64,000 nt of DNA, taken from Vairimorpha necatrix. Lineage: Eukaryota. This document shows positions 23,923-35,570 of the stretch, in pieces (the stretch's first letter is position 1; every line of letters begins with the position of its first letter). The notes beneath the pieces are model-generated. The model did not search any database, was not told where the DNA came from, and saw only the letters and a list, made by a program, of their open reading frames with translations. Where the stretch lies: the NCBI GenBank assembly GCA_036630325.1, contig CP142732.1:434001-498000 (forward strand), written 5' to 3'. A program made the position numbers and the translations under genes.

Positions 23923-26900
23923 AGTTATAGTAACAAATAAATAAAAAACAAAAAACGTTTATTGTGCATGTGATTAAACTATATATATTTATACTGCTCA
24001 GGTTATAAAGCAAAGGCTTTCGCGTCTACCGTTCTCAACTTTGGAGCTTTTTAGATATAGTGTGTAAATCCATAATTGGGGTTCAGAAATATAAGAATAT
24101 ATAACATACCCACTCCAAGACGGTTAGTCTACTACTTCATCATCAACCCCAAGCAGATCTATTAAGTAACAACGCCTCTTCTCAACTAATCGTCCATTCA
24201 TAAATTTCACTACAAGAGAATCCCCTAAACACACAATCCTAATGATTCCGATATCTTAAAACCTACCTTTTTCATACTTATTAAGCCCTTTTAAAGTTTA
24301 ACTCTTCACAAGTCGCACTCTCTGCCCTTCGACGAACTTGTCTCTATATTCTTTTTAAACCGCTTACCATATTCTCCCTCTGGTCCATTTCTCAGCATTA
24401 AATTGCCCGTATTATCTTTAACTGCCTCAAATGGTGTGCATCTTAGATCTTCATGAAAACTATTATGTATATCTCAAGTGCTTTCATGACTCTTTCTTTA
24501 TAGTATTTTCGAGATTCCTTCTTATAACCGATTACTCAACGTACCAATGACTCTTTCAACTATTCCATTGCTTCTATGTGATTATATCCAATTTTCTGCA
24601 TAACTCTATAAATTCCTCATTTTAAATTTTCTTCCCTGTCTGATATGATTTCTTCTGGTCTTTTACCATTTCTACAAAAATTTTCTATAAATCCAGTTAT
24701 CGAGCTAGTACTCTTCTCTTTCAACACTCAACCACACGCGACTCTCGTATAGTAATCAATAGCCACTAGAACAAATTTACCCAAATCTCTATAATCGATT
24801 AAATCTATTGCCACCTTTTCTAGGTATCTACTTGTCACAATAAAATCGCATCCTCCTGATTTTTTCCTATTGTATTTTTGGCATTTTTCACATTTTTTTA
24901 TCATCATCTTTATATCTTCGTCAAATCCCCGCCAATATAGCCAAACTTCATAACTAAATAGACACTTCCTAGTCCTCAGTGGGCATGTTTTCGTGGTACC
25001 TCTTCATTGACTCTAACCTATCACCTACTGCAGGTATTTCTGCTCTACAACCAAGTCAAAATCCCAGTAATTTCTGTCCCCGACCTTTTCGACGTGTTTT
25101 GATCTTTTCCCCGCTATCTGATCCTCTGTTCTTTGTCTAATCATTTCTCTTTCGGTTCATTTTCCTAATGGATTCTGCTCAATCCTCAGCAAAAACCATC
25201 TAATCGGGCTGCCTATACTCAATCTCAAAATCAAACATTTGGATCATCTCTATCCCTTAGTTAAATCTATTAATATTAAAACATGGCCTTCTTTTTTATT
25301 TCTGCTAAAGCCTTATGATCAGTTTAAACCCTAGACCTTCGCTATCTTAATTCATACTCAAACTTCTTTATGCCCCAATATATGGCATACGTTTCTTTCT
25401 CGCTAATTCCGTATCTAGTTTCAGTCGGAGTAGTTTTTCTTTGATGCCCATTGTACCGGCCCCCATTCCTCTTTTTCATTTTTCTGCATAAGTACAGCTT
25501 CCATACCAATATTAATCGCATCCGTTCTTAATTAAAATGTTTTCTCGTAATTAACAATCCTCAATTTCCCTAAATTCTTGAGCCCAATTTTCATATTCTC
25601 AAATTTAATATCAAACTCCCCAGTCCAATTCATACTTTTGTTTTTCCCTCTTGAGCAATCTGTCATATGTAACGTTTTCTTTGTGTAGTTCTTTATAAAT
25701 CCTCTTAATTAACCACTTAATCATAAAAATGTTCATACTTCGGTTACATTTTGCGGCTTCGGAAATTCTAATGCTTCATTCTTTTTTATCTCTGATGGCA
25801 TCATATCCTGCCCATTCAATGTTACTCCTAATAATTTAACTTCAGATTGACGATACTGTATCTTCTTTGAGTTTAATCTCATGTTATTCTCTTCTAACAG
25901 TCTCATTGCCTCTAAAAACAATTTGTCGTGTTCTTCTCTAGTCTTGGCTTATATCACAATATCATCCATGTAAACTTCTATTCCTCTTCCCAAATACTTC
26001 TCAAAAATCTTATTCATAATCCTTTGCATGATCTGTGGCAAATTTAACCCCATGACCATGCTGTTCCACTCGTATATTTTCTTATCAAACTCAAACGCGG
26101 TCTTATGCTTATCCGCTTCTTCTATCTCAACCCCATAAAAAGCTTCTTTAAGGTCAATAACACTCATAATCTTAGAGCCTTGCGTAAACCTAATAATATC
26201 CCTGATGTTACACAGCTCATATGGATCCTTCTCTACTAAATCGTTCAGGGCCATAAGATTACTGACCAAACGTATGCTCCCATCCGGCTTAACTATAGCC
26301 TTTATCGGATTCCGCCATTCAGAGGTTGATCTTTTAATTACATTTCTTTTCTCTAAATCCTCCAAGTGCTTCATTAATTCGTTTTTATGCGCTTGAGGGG
26401 TTATCTGTCCCTTCCTAACGACTTTTTTCCCTGCTTCTGTCTTGATTTTACATTTCTCTATTTTACAATACTTAATTTTTCCCTTATTTTCGTCAATCAC
26501 GTTTTTAAATTTTTTTTCAACATCTTCTAAAGTCAGTCCCTTGAATGTTGTCGTCTCATAACTTCTCTTCTTAATGTCTTTAACAATTCCAGTTCGTTTC
26601 CATAGTGAACCTGGCCTAACTTCTATCTGTTTCTTTTGCCTTTTACCAGCCCACGTATTCATGTAATATTTTCCGTCGCTGCCGTTGTTGTCCTCTTGCT
26701 ATATCTTCTCTCATTCTTGTTTATTTCTCTCCTCTCTGTATCTATTATAACATCTATTACTTTTATGTCCTAACCTTTCACAATAAAAACATCACATATA
26801 CCTCACATACCGTCTCCTACGCTCTATCTCCTCTGTATATATTTCTTTCGTCAACTTCTTTGTGACCACTTCAATCATTCTAAATCTCTTCTCTATCTTC

Positions 26901-27188
26901 ATAATCTTTTACAATCTCTTTTGGGCGTGTTCATATCATGATGATCCTCTAAACTTATATTCATAACCATAAAATTTTCAGCTCCTTGCTTCCCTTTAAA
27001 AGTAATTTTCTTCAAATCTTCATCGCTTCTACACTCGATAACTCTGATCTCATACATAATAATCTCATATTCTTGCAATAATTTACTGGCCTCTTGACCA
27101 CAGCCAACACTTGTATACTCACGATTTGGTATCGCCCTCATGTTTTATTCTCCATGATTGGGGTTCAAAAATATAAGGATATATAACA
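23923..27188 (-). mobile_element. Decayed Ty3/gypsy LTR retrotransposon
   Basis: RT (IDLKEAFY, YMDDIVI), then RNase H and integrase relics in gypsy order. 38-bp direct repeat 24069-24106 / 27151-27188 (35/38) beginning TGTTATA on the minus strand. PPT-like GGAGTGGGTA before the 3' LTR (~23923-24106). Confidence 0.88.
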
Positions 27189-27674
27189 CTAGATACAATT
27201 TCTATAGTACACAGATAAAAAATCTTTTATTTTTTTTTAATTGTCGTATTCATGTTTGAAATTGTGGTATTGTAACTATCACAAACAAATTACTATTATT
27301 TCTTTAAAATTTTTAGCCTCGCTCCACAACAATTTAAGAGATGAGACAAGACAATTGAAACATTTATAATTATTACCTTAGGATACAACCTAGGAAGGGC
27401 GAGGATGCTAGGGAAAACATAAATTTCATATATTATCCAACCACCCATCTAAATCTTATGAAGGCATATAAATTTAATTGCATCATTTTTGCTCAGATGT
27501 AACTCCTCTAGGTTTTGTCAGAAATCATGAATTTAAACTTTTAATTATTAATAAAAAAACAGCTTAGAAGTTGGCGTTTATTTTTTCTGTTTGAGCAGGA
27601 TATTTTACAACTGTAATATACGGGTGCCGAACAAACAAAAAAAGACATTAGTACTTTTGCAGTTTATAATTATG

Positions 27675-28741
27675 GGCTAAAATCAGCTTTAGTGTAAAAA
27701 AAATGGGAGGTCAAAATTTTTAAAAAATTGCCCCTTTTTTTAAAAAACGAAGGGAAGAGAAAACTTCAGAAAAAAAATAAAATATAATTAAGATATAAAA
27801 ATGCATGAAAATTAACTTTAAAATAAATACCATATATCAAAAACATAATTTTAATAATGCTTTGAAGATGTCTTCGCTCTCATTTCTTTTTATCATATAT
27901 AGAACTAAATATATTTCAGCAAATTCATATGTTCTACACCTATTGGGTATAGAGGCTTTTAAAGACCTCTAATTTCTTTCGATGGTGTTTGTATGCACAC
28001 CTGTCTCTCTGTCTCTAAATGTTTGACTGTGATTTACAGTTCTATGGTCCGCGTAATGGCTTTTTAACGTTATATAGGCCTTCCACATATCGGAATGAAT
28101 GATAGATTTCAAATTTACATGCTTAAATAAGATCGGCAGCAATGTATCCTTGTTTCTTTTATTTATTATGATAAATATTATCTTCTTTTCTGTTGTTCTT
28201 TCTACCATCCCAAAACACCAAAATCCTTTAACTAATTTTCCCCTGTGGTATTTATTCTTACATATTTTAATTTCGTCGATCTCCACTATGATATTTTCGC
28301 CTCCTATTTGCAATGTTTTATTTATATATTTTTCATAAGTTTTTAATTTATATAATTTCTCAAGTGTAGCGCTTACATTTTGCATATTACAGTCCAAAAT
28401 TTTAGAAATATGCGCTATTTTAAGTCCCATTGTCCATAGATTAACAATTTTCAGCATAAGAATATGATCTATCTTACTATTTGAAAATAGAGTATTATTC
28501 CAAATTGAAAATCTTTGGCCGCATTTGGGAAATTTACATCTCAAATAAAATGTTTCGTTAGATACTCTAGATGTATCCCAGCCACAAATTGAACATTTCT
28601 GTTTATATTTCTTTCTTAGCAGATGTTCATAAAAATCTTCAATTTCTTCTTTACTCAGCATTCCCTTCGTTTTTTAAAAAAAGGGGCAATTTTTTAAAAA
28701 TTTTGACCCCCATTTTTTTTACACTATAGCTGATTTTAGCC
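27675..28741 (-). mobile_element. Merlin family E, near-intact (1067 bp)
   Basis: ~80-bp TIRs GGCTAAAATCAGCT(T/A)TAGTGTAAAAAAAATGGG...; perfect TSD TAATTATG (27667-27674 / 28742-28749); transposase with Zn-ribbon cysteines, VEIDE, KYHRG, IHSDMWKAY, TVNHS and GVHTNTIE. Confidence 0.95.
27837..28661 (-). pseudogene. ISXO2-like DDE transposase with one premature stop
   Basis: TAG at 27969-27971 sits at the conserved Trp (IERN*R). The frame continues RSLKASIPNRCRTYEFAEIYLVLYMIKRNESEDIFKALLKLCF*. Confidence 0.85.
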
Positions 28742-29579
28742 TAATTATGTACACAGTAAACATCCTTTATTTTATTACCATTATTTACTTGGGGTTGAAA
28801 CATTTAAATAGTTGTGTATTAAAGGAATCATCAATTGAAGGCGGGTTTAGCTTAGAATATTTATAAGTTTGTCTCATATCTGTACATTATTTTTATTATC
28901 TTGTAGGAGGTTAAAAAATTGAACATTTTCCTCTTAAAACATATTTGGAAAAATTAGGAGAATGAATTTGAAAAAATTTTATCTCATATCTAAGGGAAAT
29001 AGGCCAATGGAGTCTGTAATTTGACATTATTTATTATCACATATTTTTTTATTGTAGAGCAAAATATAAATTTAATAAATAATTTGATTATTGTGCATTA
29101 TATGTCTGACTTCTTTTAAAAAAATCCAGTTTAAAAACTTCTATTAAAATATTATAGTAATCATTTAGAAATTTTTTAACCTGTCCGAAAAAAATTGTAA
29201 AAAACAAATTAACACCTAAAATGCAAAAATCGCCAATGTATTCAATTGGCACAAAATATTTTTTAAATCTTTTCTACGATATATAACTGTATATAATTCA
29301 AATAAAAAAAAATAAGATTAATAGAGGATTCAAGTATCATATTATCTCTTTTATACTTTTTCTAACCGAAATTGGAAAATCGAAAATAAATAAAAAATTT
29401 AACGTAAATGCATAAATTTTACTTTTAAAACAGCAAAATACGCTAATGTATATTAATATATTTGAATTGAAGATGCTTTATGGCTAAAGAGATATAATTT
29501 ATATCTTGCTTTACGCGATCGTTTATTGAATTTTGAGAGATTAAAATTACGATTTATAATTTTTTTTTAACCCCCAAAT

Positions 29580-31811
29580 ATGAATTTTTTAAATTTTATA
29601 AATTTTTTTTTTACAATTTTATTTGTCAAAACTAGTAATCCATTCTATGATACCATATCAGATAAAATGAGAATTTCTTTTAAGACTAAAGAGTATTGCA
29701 TGTTTAATAATTGTAGACGCTATTGGAAAGCGACAATTTGTTACGACGACAGTAGACAGGTTATTAATTGCGATATAAAATTAGATGATGTTTTTTTGAG
29801 TATACCAAACTTAAGATACACATTTGAAATCGGATGTGAAAACAAATCAATAAAACATATTGCTGATGAGATCCAAAAAGAAATTGAATCTATTAACTCA
29901 ATATTTTTTTTCGACATGATTATTTTAAACTATTCTTATGATGATACTGTTAACGATCCCATAATAAAGGATCTTGTAGATTTTGCTAAAGATCAAAGCA
30001 ATAAAAACATTTATGAATATGTTCTTGAACAAGATAATTATTATGACCAAAAAAGGTTAATGCTAAAAATTAAGACTACAAAGGAAAGTAATTCCAGTAT
30101 ATATGTCACAATAATTTCCTATGTAAGAAAAGAAGACATACATTGTTGCAAAGTAAAAATCGATTGCAAATATGGCTTCAACATATTCGAAATAAATATC
30201 AATAAACATGAAGCCGAAAAATTATACTATGAAATGTATGCACCCCCAGACTTTTATGATAATAATGCATTTAAAATTACGCAAAAATTATACAGAAACG
30301 TAGATATTGAAGCAATAGAAGATTTTTTCGAAGACAGAAATGTAGAAGAAATCTTCAAAGAAAATGAAATTATTTACGACGATTTTAAAATTGAGATTGA
30401 TGGAGATAAAATAACATTTTCTACCATACAAAATTCTGATTCTTATATGCTTAGAAATAGTTCAATTGATAACGAAAACTTAGACTTTATTGATCAAAAT
30501 TGTTATGAAGAGATAAAAAATTATTTACAATTCATTAAATTAGTTGTAAAAGATAATTTTCGGGGATGCGATTTTTTTTATCGATTATTAAAAAAGAATG
30601 ACAGACTAGAATTACTAATACAAAGAATTCTGAACAAACCTGGCACAGCTTTAAATATATTAATTGCGCATTTATGTGAATATTCGGGGGTATTAGGTAG
30701 AGAAGAAATGAAAAGAATAATAAGAAACAATAAACATCCTGAGAATAGTTTATATAACAGTGATTTAGTAAATGATATAATAGAAGCTCTATCAAAAAAA
30801 TGTGATTTTATTGGCTATATAAGTAAGGGATGCTTATTTTTAGAAGCTGAAGCTTTTATTAATGAAAAAGAAGCCATTAATGATCCAATATTTAAAACTT
30901 TTATAGACATTATAAAATCGATATCAAAAAAAGACAATGAATATATAAATTTTATGAATATATATGATGTTATAGATCCCTACATAATGGAAATTAGGAC
31001 ATATAACAAAAATATTGTTAATTTATTAATGAAAACAGCGACATGTTTTGCAAGCGAAGATGTTTATTTTGAATTACAAGATGGAGAAGAACGCGTTTTT
31101 AACAAAACTGACTTTTTAAAAGATCAAGGACTTGATAGAAAAAGAACAAAAAAAAATGCAAAAAAATTAATAAAAAAATTAGAAAGAAACTTACAAAAAG
31201 CTAGAAGAAAAGAAAGAGGCATGACGCGATTATCAAATAAAAGAAATAAGTATGAAACTGTTTTACATAATAAATGTAGAGAATGTTATGATAAAACATA
31301 TAACAAATTTTTAAATGAAAACATTATGACTTTAACTGAAGACGATATAAGTGGAAAGGCGATCGAATTAAAACAAAAACTAGAATTAGACATTAAAAAG
31401 ACAGTTATATCAACTGATATACAAAAACAAAAAAATAAATTAAAAAAATCGTTAAAGAAATATAAATCAAAAAATAATAAGTTCGAAGAAGAATTAGTGG
31501 AAAAATATGACAAAGAATTAATTGAACATTTCATAGAACAATTCGGAAGGGAAGCCGAGGAAAAATTTGAAAGAGAAATAAGAGAAAATATACACAAATA
31601 CAAAAGACAGAAAATCAACGAGCTGAAAGAACTACTATTGCTCAACTTAGAAAGTGAATTGACGAGGGGATTTAGAAATGTTGAGTATGATGATAAAATC
31701 TCTGAAATAAGAAGGCAGTGGACGGGCAATGACTTTATAAAATATTTCTGCGAAGAGGATTCTGCAGTAGATTTACATAATAAAATGGTAGAAGTCTTAA
31801 AAAAACATTAA
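29580..31811 (+). CDS. Lineage-specific secreted protein with C-terminal charged coiled coil (743 aa)
   Basis: Long intact ORF, CCCCC motif before the ATG, signal-like MNFLNFINFFFTILFVKTS, Lys/Glu-rich C-terminal third. Confidence 0.8.
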   Translation: MNFLNFINFFFTILFVKTSNPFYDTISDKMRISFKTKEYCMFNNCRRYWKATICYDDSRQVINCDIKLDDVFLSIPNLRYTFEIGCENKSIKHIADEIQKEIESINSIFFFDMIILNYSYDDTVNDPIIKDLVDFAKDQSNKNIYEYVLEQDNYYDQKRLMLKIKTTKESNSSIYVTIISYVRKEDIHCCKVKIDCKYGFNIFEININKHEAEKLYYEMYAPPDFYDNNAFKITQKLYRNVDIEAIEDFFEDRNVEEIFKENEIIYDDFKIEIDGDKITFSTIQNSDSYMLRNSSIDNENLDFIDQNCYEEIKNYLQFIKLVVKDNFRGCDFFYRLLKKNDRLELLIQRILNKPGTALNILIAHLCEYSGVLGREEMKRIIRNNKHPENSLYNSDLVNDIIEALSKKCDFIGYISKGCLFLEAEAFINEKEAINDPIFKTFIDIIKSISKKDNEYINFMNIYDVIDPYIMEIRTYNKNIVNLLMKTATCFASEDVYFELQDGEERVFNKTDFLKDQGLDRKRTKKNAKKLIKKLERNLQKARRKERGMTRLSNKRNKYETVLHNKCRECYDKTYNKFLNENIMTLTEDDISGKAIELKQKLELDIKKTVISTDIQKQKNKLKKSLKKYKSKNNKFEEELVEKYDKELIEHFIEQFGREAEEKFEREIRENIHKYKRQKINELKELLLLNLESELTRGFRNVEYDDKISEIRRQWTGNDFIKYFCEEDSAVDLHNKMVEVLKKH

Positions 31812-32890
31812 AAAAAAGAAGAATTAAACTTTTAATTTAAGAAATTATACAATTGTTCGTTTTTTAAATTTATTTTAAAAAAAAATTATAATATACTTTT
31901 AAGAAGTTTATTTAGGCGAAATTTTTTAAAATTCAGTTTCAATACAGACAACGGTAACTACAAATAAAAAAGGTAATTGCCAAAAAATAGATATCAAAAG
32001 TCAAGTCTACGTCACACGCTTAACCGACTCAGAGAAAAGGAATTGTAATTTTCGTGCGTGAAGGTTTGATGATGACCTCAAATAAGCGTTTTGTATATGC
32101 GAATGTGGTGTATTCACGCTGTACTTTTAGACTACAATAACTATACTTTTATTAACAAACATGCTAAGCAGCATCCTTTTTTAATTGCTTTGTTTAAAGA
32201 AGATAGATTGCAATATATGTCTATATCGCCATAAAAAGGTATTTTTTTTTGCGAATAAGATGTATGGATAACCCTTACATAAGGACCAGAATGTTTTGGT
32301 GTGGCTATTATCCAACTGATATTGTAAGATTCTTACATACTTAAACTCCCTCGATTTAACTTGCCTATGCGGCAATCTCCACCGTATTCATAGACTTTGA
32401 CTCCAGTTGATCATTTTCAATTTATAACAAAAATCGCGTCTAGAGTTATCTCAAAGGGATATAACAACAGCCACGGTTTTAATGACCAGAGTAAAATCAT
32501 ATCGTACCAGCTAAAAGATTTAAACAATCAATCGTATCGCACACATGGCACCTTATACCGCCAATCAAAAGCTTGCTTTGAAATACTTATTTATGATTAT
32601 ATATCCGAGGTATCAAAATAGCATATTCATATAATCCAAAGGAGATTTGATGTACAATACTTGGTGCCTGCTAAACATACATTTTGTCTCGCTCTTCGTT
32701 TCATAGTTATTAATGTCGTCTTTTATGGATCTCATTGACTACTGATCACCTATGAGTTTCACTCAGCGGATTAATAGATTAGAAGACCAAAGACACGATC
32801 AAATTATGATGTGAGATTATACAATATTTTTAACTTAAAAAGGAGTGTGAAAAGAGGAGCTTGATGTAGATATCAACTACTAATCACTTC

Positions 32891-33639
32891 TGTTAAAGAT
32901 AATTGTAAGTTAAGAGTCAAATTTATTAAATATATGTTTATAACAACTCGCGCTAAATTTAGAATATGTGATTTAATTTTCTTTACTGCTTTCTACGCCT
33001 ACTACTTGGCTCTTTAAATAAAAATGCATTTTTTTTGTTAACTGACCATGGCCCGCGCTTTATTCTTCCGCGTCTTATTATCCCTTCTTGTATTGGTCTT
33101 TACGATATCTTTATTTTCCTGTTATAATACATAAAGTCTATAGGCATGAGATTTTTTTTACATATGTCTTCTTAACAATAAAACCGAATTTTATCCGTCT
33201 ATCTCATTCTTCGACTACAACACGATTTCTTTTTGAGATTCTTCTCTTTTTAAATCTCTCTGGATTTTTGAAAAATGGTGTTCAGCTATCTTGCCACGAT
33301 AGCTTTATATGTGAATAATGGAATGTACAACTACACTACATCTAAACATGTCTTGTGTCTGATCTGATTACAGCCAATACTGTTTCTTTGCTACTCTTAA
33401 TAGCTCCTCTGCGTCTTCTATCCGGGTTCCTCGACTAATGCAAGTCATCGCCTTCTCTTCTGTTAGACAACCAATCATCCCCATTCTAACATATATTGCA
33501 TTTTTTACGTCTAATGCCTCAAAGGAACTTACAACCTCTTCTTTTTATATTGTTTGGGTTCGATCATTTTTTAAGTTCTACCATGTTAAAGATTATTGTA
33601 AGTTAGGAGTTAAATACAAAAAAAAATATATTTTCATCA
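32891..33639 (-). mobile_element. TRIM-like mini LTR element copy 2 (complete, 749 bp)
   Basis: TG...CA LTRs 32891-32945 and 33584-33639; 5-bp TSD ACTTC (32886-32890 / 33640-33644); PBS-like TGGTAGAA directly after the 5' LTR on the minus strand. Confidence 0.8.
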
Positions 33640-33705
33640 ACTTCACATTGTAATATGAATGAAATACATATTTAGTAAAAATGTAATTATGAACAAACCA
33701 TACAT

Positions 33706-33995
33706 GCGAACGAACTGGGCTTTATATGGCTTAAAATCCGCAAAAATTCCCTCGTAATCACTTGGGACGGTATGTACTAAGTTTCACAAATCATATACCA
33801 CAAGACTTGAAATCCTTAAGAAGGTAGAAGCGTACATCTAGATGATCACGCTGAAGAAGACGCTAGAAAGCATTGTTCTAGTCTACCGAAGGAGAGGAGA
33901 CGAAGCCTATGTGGAAAAGACTGTGAAGCCTAAAAGCTACCTTCAAGCAAATGACGCTAACGCGTAATTTATCCTGTTAAACTAGAAAAATAAAC
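33706..33995 (+). mobile_element. 3' fragment of an RLE-type non-LTR retrotransposon
   Basis: Translates with shifts to ANELG...IPLVITWDG...TKFHKSY...LEI...VEAYI*MITLKKTLESI, typical of the C-terminus of microsporidian RLE-type LINE ORFs. Confidence 0.65.
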
Positions 33996-34199
33996 TACAT
34001 TTAGCATATCCTAATTAAATTTATTTGTTATAAATCCTGTTATTAATTTTTTATATTTAAAAATATCATTACACATTCTTGATTTGTTTAATGTAATCGA
34101 GATTTTATATTAATCTCCTACTAAGTGAATAATTAAAAAAAAAATATTAGAACAATTAAACTCATAATTTTACTTTCTCAAGTTGTGTTTTTTCTTGCA

Positions 34200-34830
34200 A
34201 GTAAGAGGTAGGGAGAAACCTTACAAAGGGACTAGAGGGATTTGGGTGTGATCCTTATCAAACTGGTACTGTGAGATTTACTCACTAAACTCCCCCATAT
34301 AACTTGCCAATACAGCAAGTTCTGTCGTATCCATTTGACTTCGGCTCCAGGAGCTCATTTTCTTTTTATACCTCAAATCGCGTCCAGAGTGACCTCACGG
34401 CGGATATACTTAACGGACATGGTTATCTATAACCCGAGGAGAGACATCGTTGTACAGACTCAGAGGTCCCTACAATCATCTGTATTGCACATCGACTCCT
34501 TACACGACCACATCACCAGCCCAGCGTTTTTATTGGGCTGCGTTGACCACCAGTCTCCCACTAGTTTCGGCCACCGTGTTACAGAATTTTGATGGATAGG
34601 GTCCACGAGACCTTCTATTGCCCTACTTCGTCTAGTCTCTTAGTTAGCTTTAGGATCCCACACTAGAGTGCACCAGCCATGGGCTCCAACTAGGCCGTAC
34701 CCACTAGATACTTCTATGTATTATTAAATCTTCACGTGGGTGATACTGTTTTTTGGCTTTGGGGTGCGTTACACACTAAATCAACATACCATTATGGCTG
34801 GACACACATAAGTTTCATTGAATCAACTTA
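34200..34830 (+). pseudogene. Decayed integrase-bearing element; related relics at ~23250-23680 (+), ~32200-32750 (+) and ~61600-62150 (-)
   Basis: IAHRLLTRPHHQPS (TTxYHPQSNG-like). AAGTTTCATTGAATCAACTT is identical at 34810-34829 and (revcomp) 61753-61772, and similar at 23658-23679. Confidence 0.5.
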
Positions 34831-34900
34831 ATGATTATTGTGGACATTTTCGTCATCTGAGTTGTTTCAACTGCATCGTAGAAAGTAGAAACAATTTTTG

Positions 34901-34969
34901 TGTCCCTGAGAATCGAACTTGGCCATTGCTCAATGAAAGCATCTCCTTCTACCAAATGGGATAAGGGCA
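34901..34969 (-). pseudogene. tRNA-like relic or SINE head
   Basis: A-box-like TGGTAGA, B-box GTTCGATTC, partially paired ends TGCCCT/AGGGACA, no proper cloverleaf. Confidence 0.45.
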
Positions 34970-35498
34970 TCTCTCAAGTTATTATAGTGCAAAAAAAATA
35001 TTATCAAAATTTGTATAGGTGAATTCTTAAGATGTGGGTTAGTAGTAATTTCTTATTTTAAATCAAAATTTGTATTAATTGTATATGTTTATTATTATTT
35101 TTAATATATAAAATTTCAGCAATTTCTGTCTCTTTCTTGCTCCTCCAGTTTTGGATTTCAAATTTGGAACAAAATAATGAACTAACTCTTAGATGTGGGG
35201 TTGATAGTGCTCTTATTTCGAATTAGGGTGTAGTTTCGTGAACCTCTCGGCTTCAAACACTTAGTATAGTATGAGCACCAAGAATTTTGAAATGGTGTGT
35301 ACAAACCATGTCTTGTGTTAACTATTTCATACTTTATATTAACAATGAAATACCCAAAAAATATTTCTGTTTTAAAAAAGATTTGTAATTTAGATAAATT
35401 TTTTTATCTACGCTTTACACAAGATGAATACATTTATTTTTCTATGATCATCTTCCGTCATTTAAAATGATTTAACACATCAAAGGACCTTAAACAAA

Positions 35499-35570
35499 TG
35501 GAATTTATCGGGAATCAAGCCCGATATTTAAGGCTCAACAACAATCTTTGACTACTAAACTACGATCATC
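35499..35570 (-). pseudogene. tRNA-like relic or SINE head
   Basis: TAGTTTAGTAG A-box-like, T-arm ATCGGGCTTGATTCCCGAT, ends in CCA. Confidence 0.4.

Noticed and set aside
9733..28741. Bacterial contamination suggested by IS1595-like transposases
   Set aside because: The elements are integrated with TSDs among eukaryotic genes and retroelements; they fit the eukaryotic Merlin superfamily.
27305..28920. Outer inverted repeat around Merlin E (TTTTAGCCTC...ATGAGACAA versus TTGTCTCAT...GAGGTTAAAA)
   Set aside because: The matches are short and patchy, with no TSD; cannot be distinguished from chance.
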